From Octopus sinensis (Eukaryota), in NCBI RefSeq assembly GCF_006345805.1, contig NC_043014.1, positions 27,466,001 to 27,530,000 on the forward strand: a DNA stretch of 64,000 nt. Reading direction: 5' to 3'. The position numbers and the translations under genes were made by a program. Numbering within the stretch: position 1 is the stretch's first letter; each line of letters opens with the position of its first letter. The notes under the pieces are model-generated. The model saw only the letters and a list, made by a program, of their open reading frames with translations. It had not been told where the DNA came from and ran no database searches. This document shows positions 51,737 through 64,000 of this stretch, in pieces.

Positions 51737-52042
51737 GTGTGCACATTATAAACACACCAACCATTGAATCCTTACATCTCTTGATTGTACATATAATTGT
51801 ATCTTTTTTCATTCATACAATGAGGAAAGCAAAAACAGTTAACAACAAAAAATAAGATATTATTTAGTTATCTCCCTAACAAGTGTGCACATTATAAACA
51901 CACCAACCATTGACTCCTTACATCTCTTGATTGCATATATAATTGCATCTTGTATATACACATACAATGAGGAAAGCGGAAACAGTGAACAACAATAACA
52001 ACAAAAAATAAAACATCTTATTTATCTCCCTAACAAGTGTGC
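51737..52042 (+). repeat. Tandem duplication, 2 x ~150 bp
   Basis: Units begin gtgtgc at 51737, 51883 and 52037 (third truncated); directly upstream of CR1 ORF1. Confidence 0.85.
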
Positions 52043-52092
52043 TATATCTTCACATTTTTTTCTTCTTTGTTTACCTTTGTACTACGGTACGG

Positions 52093-55000
52093 ATGGGCAG
52101 ACAGAACAAAACTGCCACAGTATCATCCATGGATGAGCTGTGCAACAAAACTGGTCGCTGTCCTAAAATAGAGCGTTGCCTAGCAAATCATCTATGCACA
52201 AAACTCAAAAATTCCTTCCGAAATAGATGGGTTGAATGCAGTAAATGTTGTATTTCGATATGCTTTCAATGTGCCACAAACTTTCAAAAGATCCCAGGTC
52301 AAAAGAAAGGACACCATACTTCTATGATGGATAAACTCTGGGAAATGGTCCAGCTACTAAACTGGTCATTTCAGTGCCTGACTTGTGTGTCCCCTGCTAC
52401 CATTGCTACTGAACAGCAACAACAAAATCCAACAACTGTGTCTTCTGCTGCCATTGCTGCTGAACAGCAAAGACCAACTGTTATGTCTCCCAAAACCAGT
52501 TCTATTGATGAAGAACAACAAAAAAAGTTAAAGTCGGCCATTCCTGTTGAAGAACATCAACAAAAACTTAAGCCGCCTGTGTCTTCCTCCCCTGTTTGCT
52601 CTTCAACAACAAAAATTGATCATTCCAGCCGAAGTACATCAGCAGGAACAAAAACTAACCATGCCCTCCTCTCCCAATACTTCTCAACATCAGCAAAAAC
52701 CGACCATCAGCACAGAAGTTGCAGAAATTAGACATATAATTTCTGCTTTAAGCCGCGAAATAGCAGGAATCAAAACCAGCGTCTGTGCTAAACCTCACAA
52801 TGAGGGGTCATATCGGAGTGCCTTGCTCAGCAATTTACCCGAAGCTCTTATGGAACCTCAATGCATCGAGGAAGTTGCTGAATCAACCACTCATGAGGTA
52901 ATTGCCATCGGAGTATCAGAAGATGTGGTAGATCTACAGGCAGTTACTGGAAACACACCTAAGGACCTAAGCTGTGTTCCTCCAAAAAGTGCTTTCCGCC
53001 TTGGCCGACCAGGATCCAAACCCAGACTGATCAGGCTGATGTTTTCAAACTCTGCTGAGGCGCGGGCATACCATCTAGCTGCTGATAGGGCTCGACGCGA
53101 AAACAGAATTACCTTTAGAACACGTCCTGGCCTACCACCTGATGTACACCCAAAGCTAAGATCTGTAGCTTCCCTAAATCGCAACTCTGTTCCACAGGAA
53201 AGCTTTAGCCTACGCGATGATGGGCAAATATGGAAATTTATCAAGTCTGGTGAGTTGTGGATAAGGGATATCAGTTAGACTGAGCAAACTGCACCCACAA
53301 TAACTGGCAATACAAAAATCATGGAAAACTAAACAAGAACAATCAGCCATTCCCTGTATATCATCGCCATCTGAAATCCAGATACAAACTGTTGTCCTTG
53401 AATGTCCGTAGTTTATGCAACAAGGTACATCTTTTTGACTCTTACGTCAAAAGTATCAACCCAGATTTCATCACAGTCACGGAAACATGGGCACATTCTG
53501 CACTCTGTGATGGGGTTTTCAGCATAGCCAGCTACAACCTGTTCTGCAAAGACTGCATTAATCGCTGTGGTGGGGGTGTGATGGTTTATGTTCAATCAAA
53601 TCTATCGGCAATTCCTTGTGATGATTTGAGCCAATCTCAACAGGAAGTATTTTTCTGCAATATACACATGACCATGTCAACACTTCTGCTTGGAGTTGTT
53701 TACCGCCCCCCAAATTATCATCAAGACACACAACTTTTTGATATCCTCAGAGCTGCTGCCAGGAAAACAGCCACTTATGTTTATATTGTAAGGGACTTCA
53801 ATTTCCCTGAGATTGACTGGGAGGCCTTCCGTTGGCTGCAAAGTGCAGACAATTTCCTTGAACTGGTGCTGAATTCAAATTGGTCCCAAGTCGTTACCTC
53901 CCCCACAAGGGGTAACAACACATTGGACCTGCTACTTACCGCTTCTCCTCAAACAATTATTAGTGTCACTACTGACACAGCAAAGTGTTCTGGAAGTATG
54001 TACACTTAAAGCAGAGACTTCGCAATCCCCACACAGGGCAGATTACTGGCAATCCCAAAGATTATGCAGAAATCATTGCTGGATGCTATGTAGGCATCTT
54101 TACTGTCGAAGATCAAAATTTTCCATCTCCATCACCTCTGACACCGGACTCTATAACTACTATGAAATTTACACCAGCAATGCTACAACGCCACCTTAAG
54201 AATAAACGTAACTATGCCTCTCCTAGTCTCGATGGTGTTACATACCTACTTCTCAAACGCAGTGGGTACTTTCTTCTAAACCAACTTTCACTATTCTTTC
54301 AATTCTGTCTTGACAATGGTGTTATTCCAGAGCAGTGGAAAACTGCCAGTGTTATCCCTCTGTTCAAAAAAGGTGACCGTACATCACCTGTCAACTATCA
54401 CCCCATTAGTCTTACTAGCTGCATCACCAAACTGATGGAATCCTGTGTCAGAGAAACCCTCTGGAATTTCTGGAAGTCTCACAGCCTCATCCAGCCGTCA
54501 CAATTTGGTTTTATTCCTAACTCCAGCTGCTGTAATCAACTCATCGAGTTTCTTGAGGACATTACCCGAATCACTGATCGCGGATCCAGGGTGGATGTTG
54601 TTTACCTGGCCTTTGCTAAGGCTTTTAATTCTGTGCCACACAAAAGACTTACGGTGAAACTCTCTGTGATGGGTGTAAGAGACGATCTCTACAACTGGTT
54701 GAAGTCCTTTATTATCGGCCAAAAACAGGTTGTCACTGTTCTTGGCCCCCTTTTATTTGTTGCAGATGTTAATGACATAAATGCCAAATTAAAGAATGCC
54801 ACAGTGCTGAAATATGCAGATAACATCAAGCTGTACCTCGAAATAAAGAGGTCAGATCCTATACACTATAGATCTCTATTGCAATCAGACCTAGACACAA
54901 TGCAGTAGTGGATCATGGACTGGCAACTCAAGCTAGCTGTGGACAAATGTACCACCATGCATTTTGGGAGGAAAAACCCAGCATCTACTTACTCCCTCCA

Positions 55001-55745
55001 CAACACTAATCTCAAAAAGTCTTCTCATGAACATGACCTGGGCGTTATTGTCGACAGTGATTTGCGTTGGACAAAACACATCGCTAAAATTGCCAAGAAG
55101 GCTGAGGGTGTCCTTTGTGAGACGCTCTCCGGCTATCTCTCTACGGCTTTATATAGCTATGGTACGACCTCACTTAGAATTTGCATCACCGGTCTGGAAC
55201 TCCTATCTTGCCCAGGATATTAATCGTCTGGAAGCCGTTCAGCGACGTGCAACCAAGAGAATACCCTCCATCAGGCATTTGCCATATTCTGAACGCCTTA
55301 CTTTCCTGGGCATGGATACATTGAAACTCCGACGTCTGGCAGCTGACTTGGCAGACACCCATAAAATTATTAACCGTTCTTACAAACAATAACTCTGAGC
55401 ACCTTTTCGAACTCCATCTGTCTAACACCCGTGGACATGTTTACAAAGTCAGAAAACAGCACAACTCACATGACTTTTGGAAACATTTTTTCATGCTAAG
55501 AGTTGCTGAAGCATGGAACAAACTGCCAGCATCAGTTGTTAGTTGTCGGAACACTTCATCCTTCAAAACTTCCATGCTTCCTGAGATTCGCAAACACTAC
55601 ACCTGATTTTCTCCCCTCCGTACACACGCAAGCATGTATCTGACTCATACACTGTTCGCTTTCCAGATATTTGTACATTACTGCATATACTTTATACGCA
55701 CTTTTGACAAGGTGTGGTGCACCTGAGCACTGTATACAATAATTT
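52093..55745 (+). mobile_element. Near full-length CR1-clade LINE (Cys-rich ORF1; APE + RT ORF2), disrupted
   Basis: ORF1 WVECSKC..ICFQC...FQCLTC and FRLGRPGSKPRLIRL; APE LNVRSL, TETW, VYRPP, DFNFPEIDW, PTRGNNTLDLL; RT QFGF, FAKAFNSV, YADN; internal deletions and frameshifts. Confidence 0.9.
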
Positions 55746-56094
55746 CTTTATATATTTATATTTATTATATAGAAGACGCTTGCCCAAGGTACAACACTGG
55801 AATTGAACCTGAAACCACATAGTTACAATGTTAACCTTCTTAACTACATTGTCATGGCTTTGATTATGTCAAACTAGCAGTAATAGCACAGAAAAGAAAG
55901 AGATGTCTTAGCTGTTATATTGTATGTGATTTAGTACTTCTGAGCTTGTGAGTTCAAATCCTATTGATGCCAACTCAAGCTTTATTATTATTTTGGTTTG
56001 GCTCAGGTTCGGTTTTGTTCCTGGTGGAAATTATGTGGATAGCAGGTTTACTACTTTTAACTATACATATCCACAAGTTTTCAGCAGTCTTTCA

Positions 56095-57290
56095 AGTGCT
56101 TAGAACCCTCCTGATAATCCTTGCTGTTTCTAAGAGACAAACTTTCTATAGGAGCTATATCGGGCATTCTGTTTCAATCTCCTTTAGCCATTTGTCTATA
56201 TCTTGGCTTACTGATCCCAACACACCAATTATTATAGACATGACCATTTCTGTTTGCATACTCCAAATTCTTTTTGTTTCAAACTTTAAGGGATTATATT
56301 TTTTTGTTTTTCTTCCTCTTTACAATCCTGGAATCAAATGAGTAAGGTGGGTCGATAAGTAAGCAACTTTGTTTTTCCCTATCTACAATTGTTATGTCTG
56401 GTCTATTATTTTTTAAATTCTTGTCCATTTGAATAGGAAAGTCCCACAAAATCTTACATACCACCAACTCCAGTACTCTTTCGACTCAATGATTGTACCA
56501 TGTGTTTCCAGCTTCAAATCCCCATTTCTGGCACAGTTTCTTGTGTACAACTTTTACAACCTGGTCATGCCTCCAGTTCTTATATTCTTCCTGTGCCACC
56601 GTCTCATTCCAAGTTCTACAGGCTCTACATTTTCCTGACACATTCTCTCCATATATATTTTTCTCAAGTTGTTTGTTTTCATTGGTTGATGTTGGGTTGC
56701 TACAATTAGGCTCGCTGTTTCTTTTTTTGTAATTGCCCCTTTTCTAACCAAGCCCAGGATTTTGTTCCACATACATCTTCAGTGGCTCTCCAAAAATGGC
56801 CATGCAGAGGTTTCTCTTCAATCTCTTTGACATGCTCTCTTTGTATTTCATTCTTGTCCTTTTCTCCTATTATGTGCTTCATCACCCATTCTTTATTGAC
56901 TGCCTTTAGTAGTTTTTTTTGTGCTGCTCTGTAAATACTCTACTAGGCATTTTTTCCATCTGTACATATTCTTCTACTGCTATTAAGCCTCTTCCACCCT
57001 GGTCTCTCCTCAAGTACAGCTGGTTGATATCTGCTTTCAGATGGTGGGCTCCATACATCATCAATAACTTCCTAGATTTTCTGCCAAGTTTCTTTATATC
57101 ATTTTTGGTCCAGTCTATAATTTGAACTCCATATCTGATTAAGGGTACTGTTCTTGAATTTATTGCTTCAGTAAGATTTTTGGAATTCAGCTTTGACTGC
57201 AATAATTTTCTGACACTCCTTGTGTACTCACTACTCGTAATTTGTTCATTTTTTTGTCTTGTTTGCTTCCAGTATTCCCTATTATTATTT
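56095..57290 (-). mobile_element. Decayed R4/Dong-type retrotransposon
   Basis: SKLNSKNLTEAINS...HHLKADINQLYLRRDQGGRGL; RHDQV, RPDITIVD and IIIGVLG endonuclease remnants. Confidence 0.85.
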
Positions 57291-57790
57291 GAGTTCAAAT
57301 GTCGTTGAGATCACCTTTGCCTTTCATCCTTTTGTGGTCAATGTAATAAGTACCAGTTGAGCACTAGAGTCAATGAAATTGGCTTTCCTCTCCCCTGAAA
57401 TTGTTGAGTTTGTACCAGAATATTAAAATCATTGTTATTATGGTAAGCAGGCTGAATTGTTAGCATGCCAGACAAAATACTTAGTGGCATGTTTTCTGGC
57501 TTTGCATTTCTGAATTCAAATGCAACCCAGATTGACTTTACCTTTCATCTTTGTGGGGTCAGTAAAATGAGTACCAGTTAAACACTGGAATCAATGTAAC
57601 CGACTTAACCCCTACCTCAAAATTGGTGTCCTTGTGCCAAAATTAGTAAGAATTATTATTTTCCAGTTCTTTGTATTCTGAGTTCAAATCCCATTAAGAT
57701 GAGTTCCAGTTGAGTACTGGAGTTAATATAATCAACTTACTCCCTCCCCCAAACATGCTGGCTTTGTGTCAAAATTTGAAACCATTATTT
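57290..57790 (+). mobile_element. Three tandem SINE family E copies ending in (ATT)n
   Basis: Repeated gagttcaaat (B box)...cctttcatc..t.gggtc..taaaatgagtaccagtt..gcact.g.gtcaat; another copy at 63820-64000(-). Confidence 0.7.
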
Positions 57791-59689
57791 ATTTACTTAA
57801 TCTCTAAAATTGGTGAAGTATGAACAGGTATAACCCATGATATGGAAGCGGTGCATTCTTGAAAATCTCATTGCAACATAGTCATGCTCTATTCAACTTT
57901 TATTTTCTTCAACCTTTTTATGTCTACTTATCCATGCTGATACAGTTTGGGTGGATAATTTTCTAGCAATTCTTTATTTACTTTGTAAAACTCAGTATCC
58001 TGAAATCAACCCCTTACTACTTCTACCCTCTTGTCTCTACCTTTACCAGTGTTTAGTCAGAGAAACAATGGTTTGCAACCATAACTTTTGTAGGACTTAG
58101 AAATTTGTGTGGAGAGGAGGGAAGAAACCAAAACCCATGTTACTACTTAAGAAACAACAATGCATCTATTTTCAGATTACACCCCTGCTGTAAATGCTTG
58201 CAACCGAGTGGACTCTGCTGAAGATGCCCAAGGTGTCAAATGGTAGTGTTAAACTGGGTAACAGATTGGGTTGACAAATTCAAATGTTAGTGTAAGTGTT
58301 GTTTAGAGAAAGATTTACTATGCCGAACTGTCTTACTCCAAGATATACTACAAGGATCTTAAACCAATAATGATGCTTTTACATTGTCACTCAATTTGCT
58401 AAAAATGCAAATAAATCTCCCTCAAATCAAATTTTACTGGTTGGTTGAATGTAGTGGACAATTCAGACCTGGATATGAAGTGCTAGAAATGAAGACTGGG
58501 TAGCATTGAGTGGAATGATGGTGAAACAATAGATTCCAACACACATTGTCTTTTAGCTGTCTCCCTAGATACCAATGATTTACTTGATCAGGGTTGATCG
58601 GGAGCTACACAACAAGAACAGTGTGAATCTTCAATTTGCAGGCTATTCAAGCTGAAATCTTGTCTCTTTGGAGAAAACTTTAGCTAATTTTATTCTTTTT
58701 TTCACTGTATCATCATCATCATTTAATGTCTGTTTTCCATGTTAGCTGGTTTGACAGGATCTAGTGATCCAGAGGACTGTGTCAAGCTGCAGTGTCTGCT
58801 TTGGTCTGGTTTTTACAGCTGGATGCCCTTCATTTAAAAGATCTATCTCAAAAGAAATAATACAATTATAATGTCATCATTATTTTTATATTAGTGTGTA
58901 TTACTTCTGTTAAAGCAACAACAGCTATTTCAATTCCTTAAAAAAAGGTGGGATGAAGAGGGTAGATTGTTTTGTGAGTCAAAGTTCAGGCAACCATTGG
59001 GTTATAAAGTTCTGTCACAGACAGCCTTTTTCCTCTTGAACAATAAATTGTACCTAGCCTACAATGTAAAATGGTTGGTAATCAGAAGAGCATCCAAACA
59101 TAAAAGCTATGTCAAAAGAAAACAAACAATGACAATTTTCTCTATTGTTGTAAAAATGAAACAATAGGAGACAATTTGAGACTCCTATGTAGTTAAAATG
59201 GCCTAAAAGTGATGCTGATGATTTCTTAACTAACTTTTCTTTTATAGTTACAAAATTTCATAATTTACCTTTGTTTTTTGGGGTTTTTTTAATTTAAACT
59301 GCAGAATCTCAGAATATTTATTAAATTTTTGACTGACTGAAAGATGACGTATTGAAACCTTGTGGCTGGTAGTGTTTTTTTAAGTATGCCTCTCACTGTT
59401 GCTTCAATAAAACTGAAAACTTATAACTGCAAATTTTATGAACAACATCCAACTGAGGATATGTGCGTTGATAATTCCTACAAATATCTGCATTTTCAAA
59501 ATTATTGATAAATGCTAAATTAGTGACCATAACAAGGAATTCTGGTTGCAGCTAATCCAGGCTTTCAGTAATGAAAATATCTGCCTTATGTCCTCAGCCT
59601 GGTGGGAGCAAAGATCTCTGCACAAGGTGAAGTTGAATTGATGTTGACTGAGTGTTGTGAAGTGACAGCTCAGTAAATGCCTCCTTCAA

Positions 59690-61530
59690 GATGAATTAAT
59701 AGAAACCCTACCAGAACCACCATAGTGTTTTACTTGCTTGTCAATGAGGAGGAGGCAGAGAACTTGTACAAGATATTTCATGCTGCTGTCATAGCTATAC
59801 CAGCTCATAACTTGTTAGCCATATTCAATGACTTCATGAAAATCATGTCATACTGACCAAGAAACATGTGGACTACATTCTTGTGAATGAAAAGCAGAGA
59901 ATTGTTTGACACAAGTCAGACTGAGATCTATAGCTGTCCAGCACACAAGCCCTAAGGTGAAAATCAATTGGAAAACCTACATCTTTCAACTTATGTTTCA
60001 AACCCTGGTTATAATAAGTTCAGAATCATTTCCATTTGTTGAAAGAGAAGAGATTATTACTGATTACTATTAATGATTCATCAAGGCAAACATGGAAGCA
60101 ATAAAGTGTCTTCCTCTCACAGCACCCTGACATTGTGGTGGTACAAAGTAGTGTCAGTGATTACTTTTGGGGAGTTCAGCACGAGCAAGTCAGGCAAGCT
60201 TTGGGACAAGTGGGCCAAGACTTAACTGAAGTGTATGATCAATTAAAGAATGAGAAACTGGCCCAGAAAATCAGCAAAGTAAAAACAGCTAACAAAGACA
60301 AGAAACATAGTGAAGCATATCTTACGAAAGAGGAAAGTTCAGAGCAAGATGAATCTGTGGGAAGATTAGATGGGGGACATGATTCATTTACTTCAAGAAT
60401 GTCCAATAATGAGCAATGAGGACTGATATGTGACCACTGTCTTTAATGGTATTCACATTAATGATGGCATATTAACCAAGGCTGAGCTGAAAAGGATCAG
60501 GAACTCTCTCAGCCAAGGAAAAACTGCTAGATTTGATAGGATCCCATGCTCAAGAATTGATATATGAATGACATCCTACTAAACTTCTGCAACACAGCAC
60601 CAGTGAATGTTGACATTGGCTCCTTTCCAACATAATTCATGTTCCCACATCTGGATCACTTACATGTCAGAATAATGCTGTGACATTAGTCTGACATGTG
60701 TCTCATCAAAATTCCATTATCAGATATTCCTCAGCCAGATTTAGTGCAACCTTTGAGCCCAAGTTGAGATACTGCAAAAATAGTTTCCTTGAGAAGTGGA
60801 CAATCATCATACAGGTCCTTGTTCTTTGTAGAATAATAGAAGTAAAGAACAACTATCTACCTGGTGTTGATATTTGTTGACTTCAAGAAAGCATTTGATT
60901 AAATTCATTGGGAGAAATTGATCAAGATCTTGAAGGCATATGAAATTGCATCTTATATCCTTTGAGCCATTAAGTGCCACATATATCAACACTGTGAGAC
61001 AGGTGATCATGTGTCAAAAATGGAAACCGAAGTTTTGTTTCACTTGGATTTCTGGAAGATGGAATACCTGATCTGCAACATAGTTGATTGTGAGCTACTT
61101 AATTTGTTGAAGGTGCTCTGCTCAAACAAGTTCCTGAAAACAAATATCTAGGATCATTCATGCTAGGCCCAGAGAGGGACATCAAGATGCATAAAGGCTT
61201 TGTCTGGAAAGTACTCAATGTAATAAAGAATATCTGCACCATCACCACCTCCAGCTTTTCAAAAACCTTCTTGGCAGCAATCGATTAATCTTCCTTTATG
61301 AGTATGAAATTTGTAACCTCACTAAGTTCAAGGTCAGGTATGTGACCAATGAATAACTTTATGACCTGTTCTCAGTTGACCAACAGACTAGCAGAAAAAC
61401 AATTGTCTACCATCTGTGGGTATCAACTCATAGCAGTCTGAAATATGAGTCTCTTTCAAAAACCATGAAAAAAATCCTGATGGAGGAACTTAAGACAATG
61501 ATGACTGGATATGTGGCCTGTTCATCATTG
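59690..61530 (+). mobile_element. Highly decayed RTE-like LINE
   Basis: Remnants such as FVDFKKAFD (~60873-60899); heavily fragmented. Confidence 0.55.
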
Positions 61531-62310
61531 TGCCTGACACAAATACAAATTGTAGTCAATAGATGATAATGATCAAAGGCATTTCAACCCTAATAATCTT
61601 TTTTTTTTTACCTTTTTTACCTATGTGTACCTTAGAGTACATAATCCATTATATCTTTCTCTTTTTAAAGATATTAGTGTGAGATTTCTATCAGATAGAT
61701 TGATCACATAATTCTTCATTTGTTGACTCATTTTAACAATGTGCAGTAGGGTTTGAAATGTTTGTTTAGATTTTATTATCATTCTCATTGTCTTTTATAT
61801 ATAGACCTATATTGCATGTATTCAGGTATGGCAGTATGGTACTTTGTGGTAGTATCTTCTACCATATCCTCAGATTCATTAAAGCCTTTGAAAGACAAAC
61901 TGTAGGAGCTTGTCTCAAAGACCACTTTTACTCTTAGATGTTATACTTAATCCATCACCCACTTTAACACCACCACCTAGTTTTTAGATACTTTGAGCAG
62001 AATCTACTCTGTTGCAAGTATTGTGGCCAGGTCTCCAGTCTGAGGATAACTTCTGTCCTCTTCTGACTAAGCAATTAAAAAACAAAGACTACAGTTTCTC
62101 TCCAGTTATCTCCATTTGTTTTATCTGTAAAACCCAAGATTTTTAAAGTCTGGTGGTGATATAATCTGCCAGCCAAGAAGCACATATGTCATCTTTTATT
62201 ATTCTGACTCAGAATTCATCTCCCTTTATCATCAAAGCATATATTTGAAAGGATTCGAGTGCTGTAACTTTTCTTTGGTTTCAAAATGATCAACATTCTT
62301 GTTGTTTTAA

Positions 62311-62528
62311 CCCTATAGCATTTAAATCGGCCACATTCTGCCCAAATATTCTATGTTTTATGTTCAAACTGGCCAAATCCAGTTTCTTACATCTATCTTA
62401 CAATGTCATTCTAAGAATGCATAACAGCATCATTGAAATCTCTAAACTACAAGATAATACATGATTGATTCAAAATAATGTGAATAAATAAGCTTTACAT
62501 TTAAGAAAGTAATATGAATGCTAGGGGG
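62311..62528. mobile_element. piggyBac-type MITE
   Basis: TTAA on both sides (62307-62310 and 62529-62532); TIRs ccctatagcatt / aatgctaggggg. Confidence 0.82.
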
Positions 62529-63819
62529 TTAAAAAAGAATGCTATGTACTATGTCAGATTTCCATACAGTTTCTGTCAACCAGTTCCACACACAAGGCAT
62601 TGGTTGACCAAGTGCCATGCAGTGTGATGGAATTCAAGATGATGTATGTATGTATGGCTGTACAGTTAAGAAGTTCTCTTTACAACCATACAATTTTGGG
62701 TTCAATCTCGCTGTGTGGACAGAAACTGTGTAAGCCCATTATATATGTGTAGGAATGGTTATATTTCAATTATCGATATTTGAATGATGTAATGCTAATG
62801 TTGCTACCCCTTGTTCATATTAGCACTGGTTGTTCAGAGCTTTCAAAGACCTATGGTATATATAAAAACCCTTCGAAAACAGGTGAAAGTTTGCACCATG
62901 AAGGGTATCCAGTTTTAAAATCAATTCCTATCCAAGCCATGTGAGCACAGAGAAATATGTACTCAATGAACACAGAATATATACATAATCGCTTCCTCAA
63001 GTTAAGCTTTACATAAGTCAGTGTTCATGAATGTATGTGTGAGTATCTCTATCTATCTATCTATCTAGATGCATACATACATACATACATACAGGCTGGC
63101 AGACAGACAGACACAGGCATGGTTATGTGGTAAGAAGTTTATTTCCCATTTACATGGTTCCAGGTTCAGTTCCACCATATAGCAACCTTGGGCAAGTGGA
63201 TATGGTAGACAGAAACTGAAAGAAACCTGTCATTTACATATATGTGTGTATGTTACTGTGTCTTTGCTTTGACATTTCATGATAATTGTAAAGGCGTGTC
63301 ACCATCATGTAAGCAATGTCCTTCATTTCTAGTATTCTGTGAAAATGTATCTGGTTATGGGAAAATATTACCCTGCTTGGAAGTAGTTTGGTAACAGGAA
63401 GGGCATCCAACCACAAAAGATGCACCTCAAGAAATTCCATTCAGACAATGTGGGCATGGAAAAGTGGTCAGTAAAATAAAAATGAAAATGATATACACAT
63501 GTACACACACAATATATAGAATATATTACAGTGCAATTGTAAGTTTTCAGTAAACTGAGGTCCATAATCATTTCATCTTGGAACTATTTCAGGTGAGTAA
63601 CTAATGCTATCAAAGAAGCATAACACAAATTTCCATTTTTGTTTCAATAAACGTTTCTGAAACATTTAAACTGTATATGAAATAAGTTTGTGTGTGAATG
63701 AAGGTATCACTGTGTGATTGGAAAATTCATTTCACAAGCATGTGGTTTTGATTTTAATCTGCTTTATTCTTGGGTTAACAAGTTAATGGAAGCTGTGTGG
63801 AAGTCCAACTAAAGGACTG

Positions 63820-64000
63820 TCTCTGTTCTTATTTCTTTACTGCCCACAAGAGGCTACACACAGAGGGGACAAACAAGGAAAGACAGACGGATTAAGTCAA
63901 TTATATTGACCCCAGTGCGTAACTGATACTTATTTAATCGACCCCAAAAGGATGAAAAGCTAAGTTGACCTCGACGGAATTTGAACTCAAAACATAGTGG
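63820..64000 (-). mobile_element. SINE family E copy, cut by the window end
   Basis: Minus strand gagttcaaattcc...ttttcatccttttggggtcgattaaataagtatcagtt. Confidence 0.75.

Noticed and set aside
55964-56341. Hydrophobic 125-aa ORF resembling a membrane protein
   Set aside because: Antisense to the decayed R4/Dong endonuclease; T-rich composition explains the hydrophobicity.
59330-59380. Possible further hammerhead (ctgaaaga...gaaac)
   Set aside because: No convincing stems and no NUH cleavage site.

Overview
AT-rich, repeat-dense eukaryotic DNA, not prokaryotic. The SINE/LINE repertoire and long (TA)n/(CA)n tracts suggest an octopus genome (inference). The only host coding sequence I can support is one HMG-box exon of a BBX (bobby sox)-like transcription factor at 50293-50493 (+). 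The rest is intronic or intergenic and filled with transposons: RTE, CR1-group, R4/Dong-type and Penelope-like retroelements, tRNA-derived SINEs, and hAT, piggyBac, pogo-like, maT and Helitron-like DNA elements. The most notable signal is a set of sequence-divergent minimal type I hammerhead ribozymes with palindromic stem III. They sit in short non-coding elements inside (TA)n tracts and include an inverted twin pair and a divergent pair. Also notable are a PHD finger inside an RTE reverse transcriptase, a SINE/LINE shared 3' stem-loop, a ~110-bp duplication flanking a SINE, and several foldback structures. All calls were read by eye with no database searches, and boundaries of decayed repeats are approximate.
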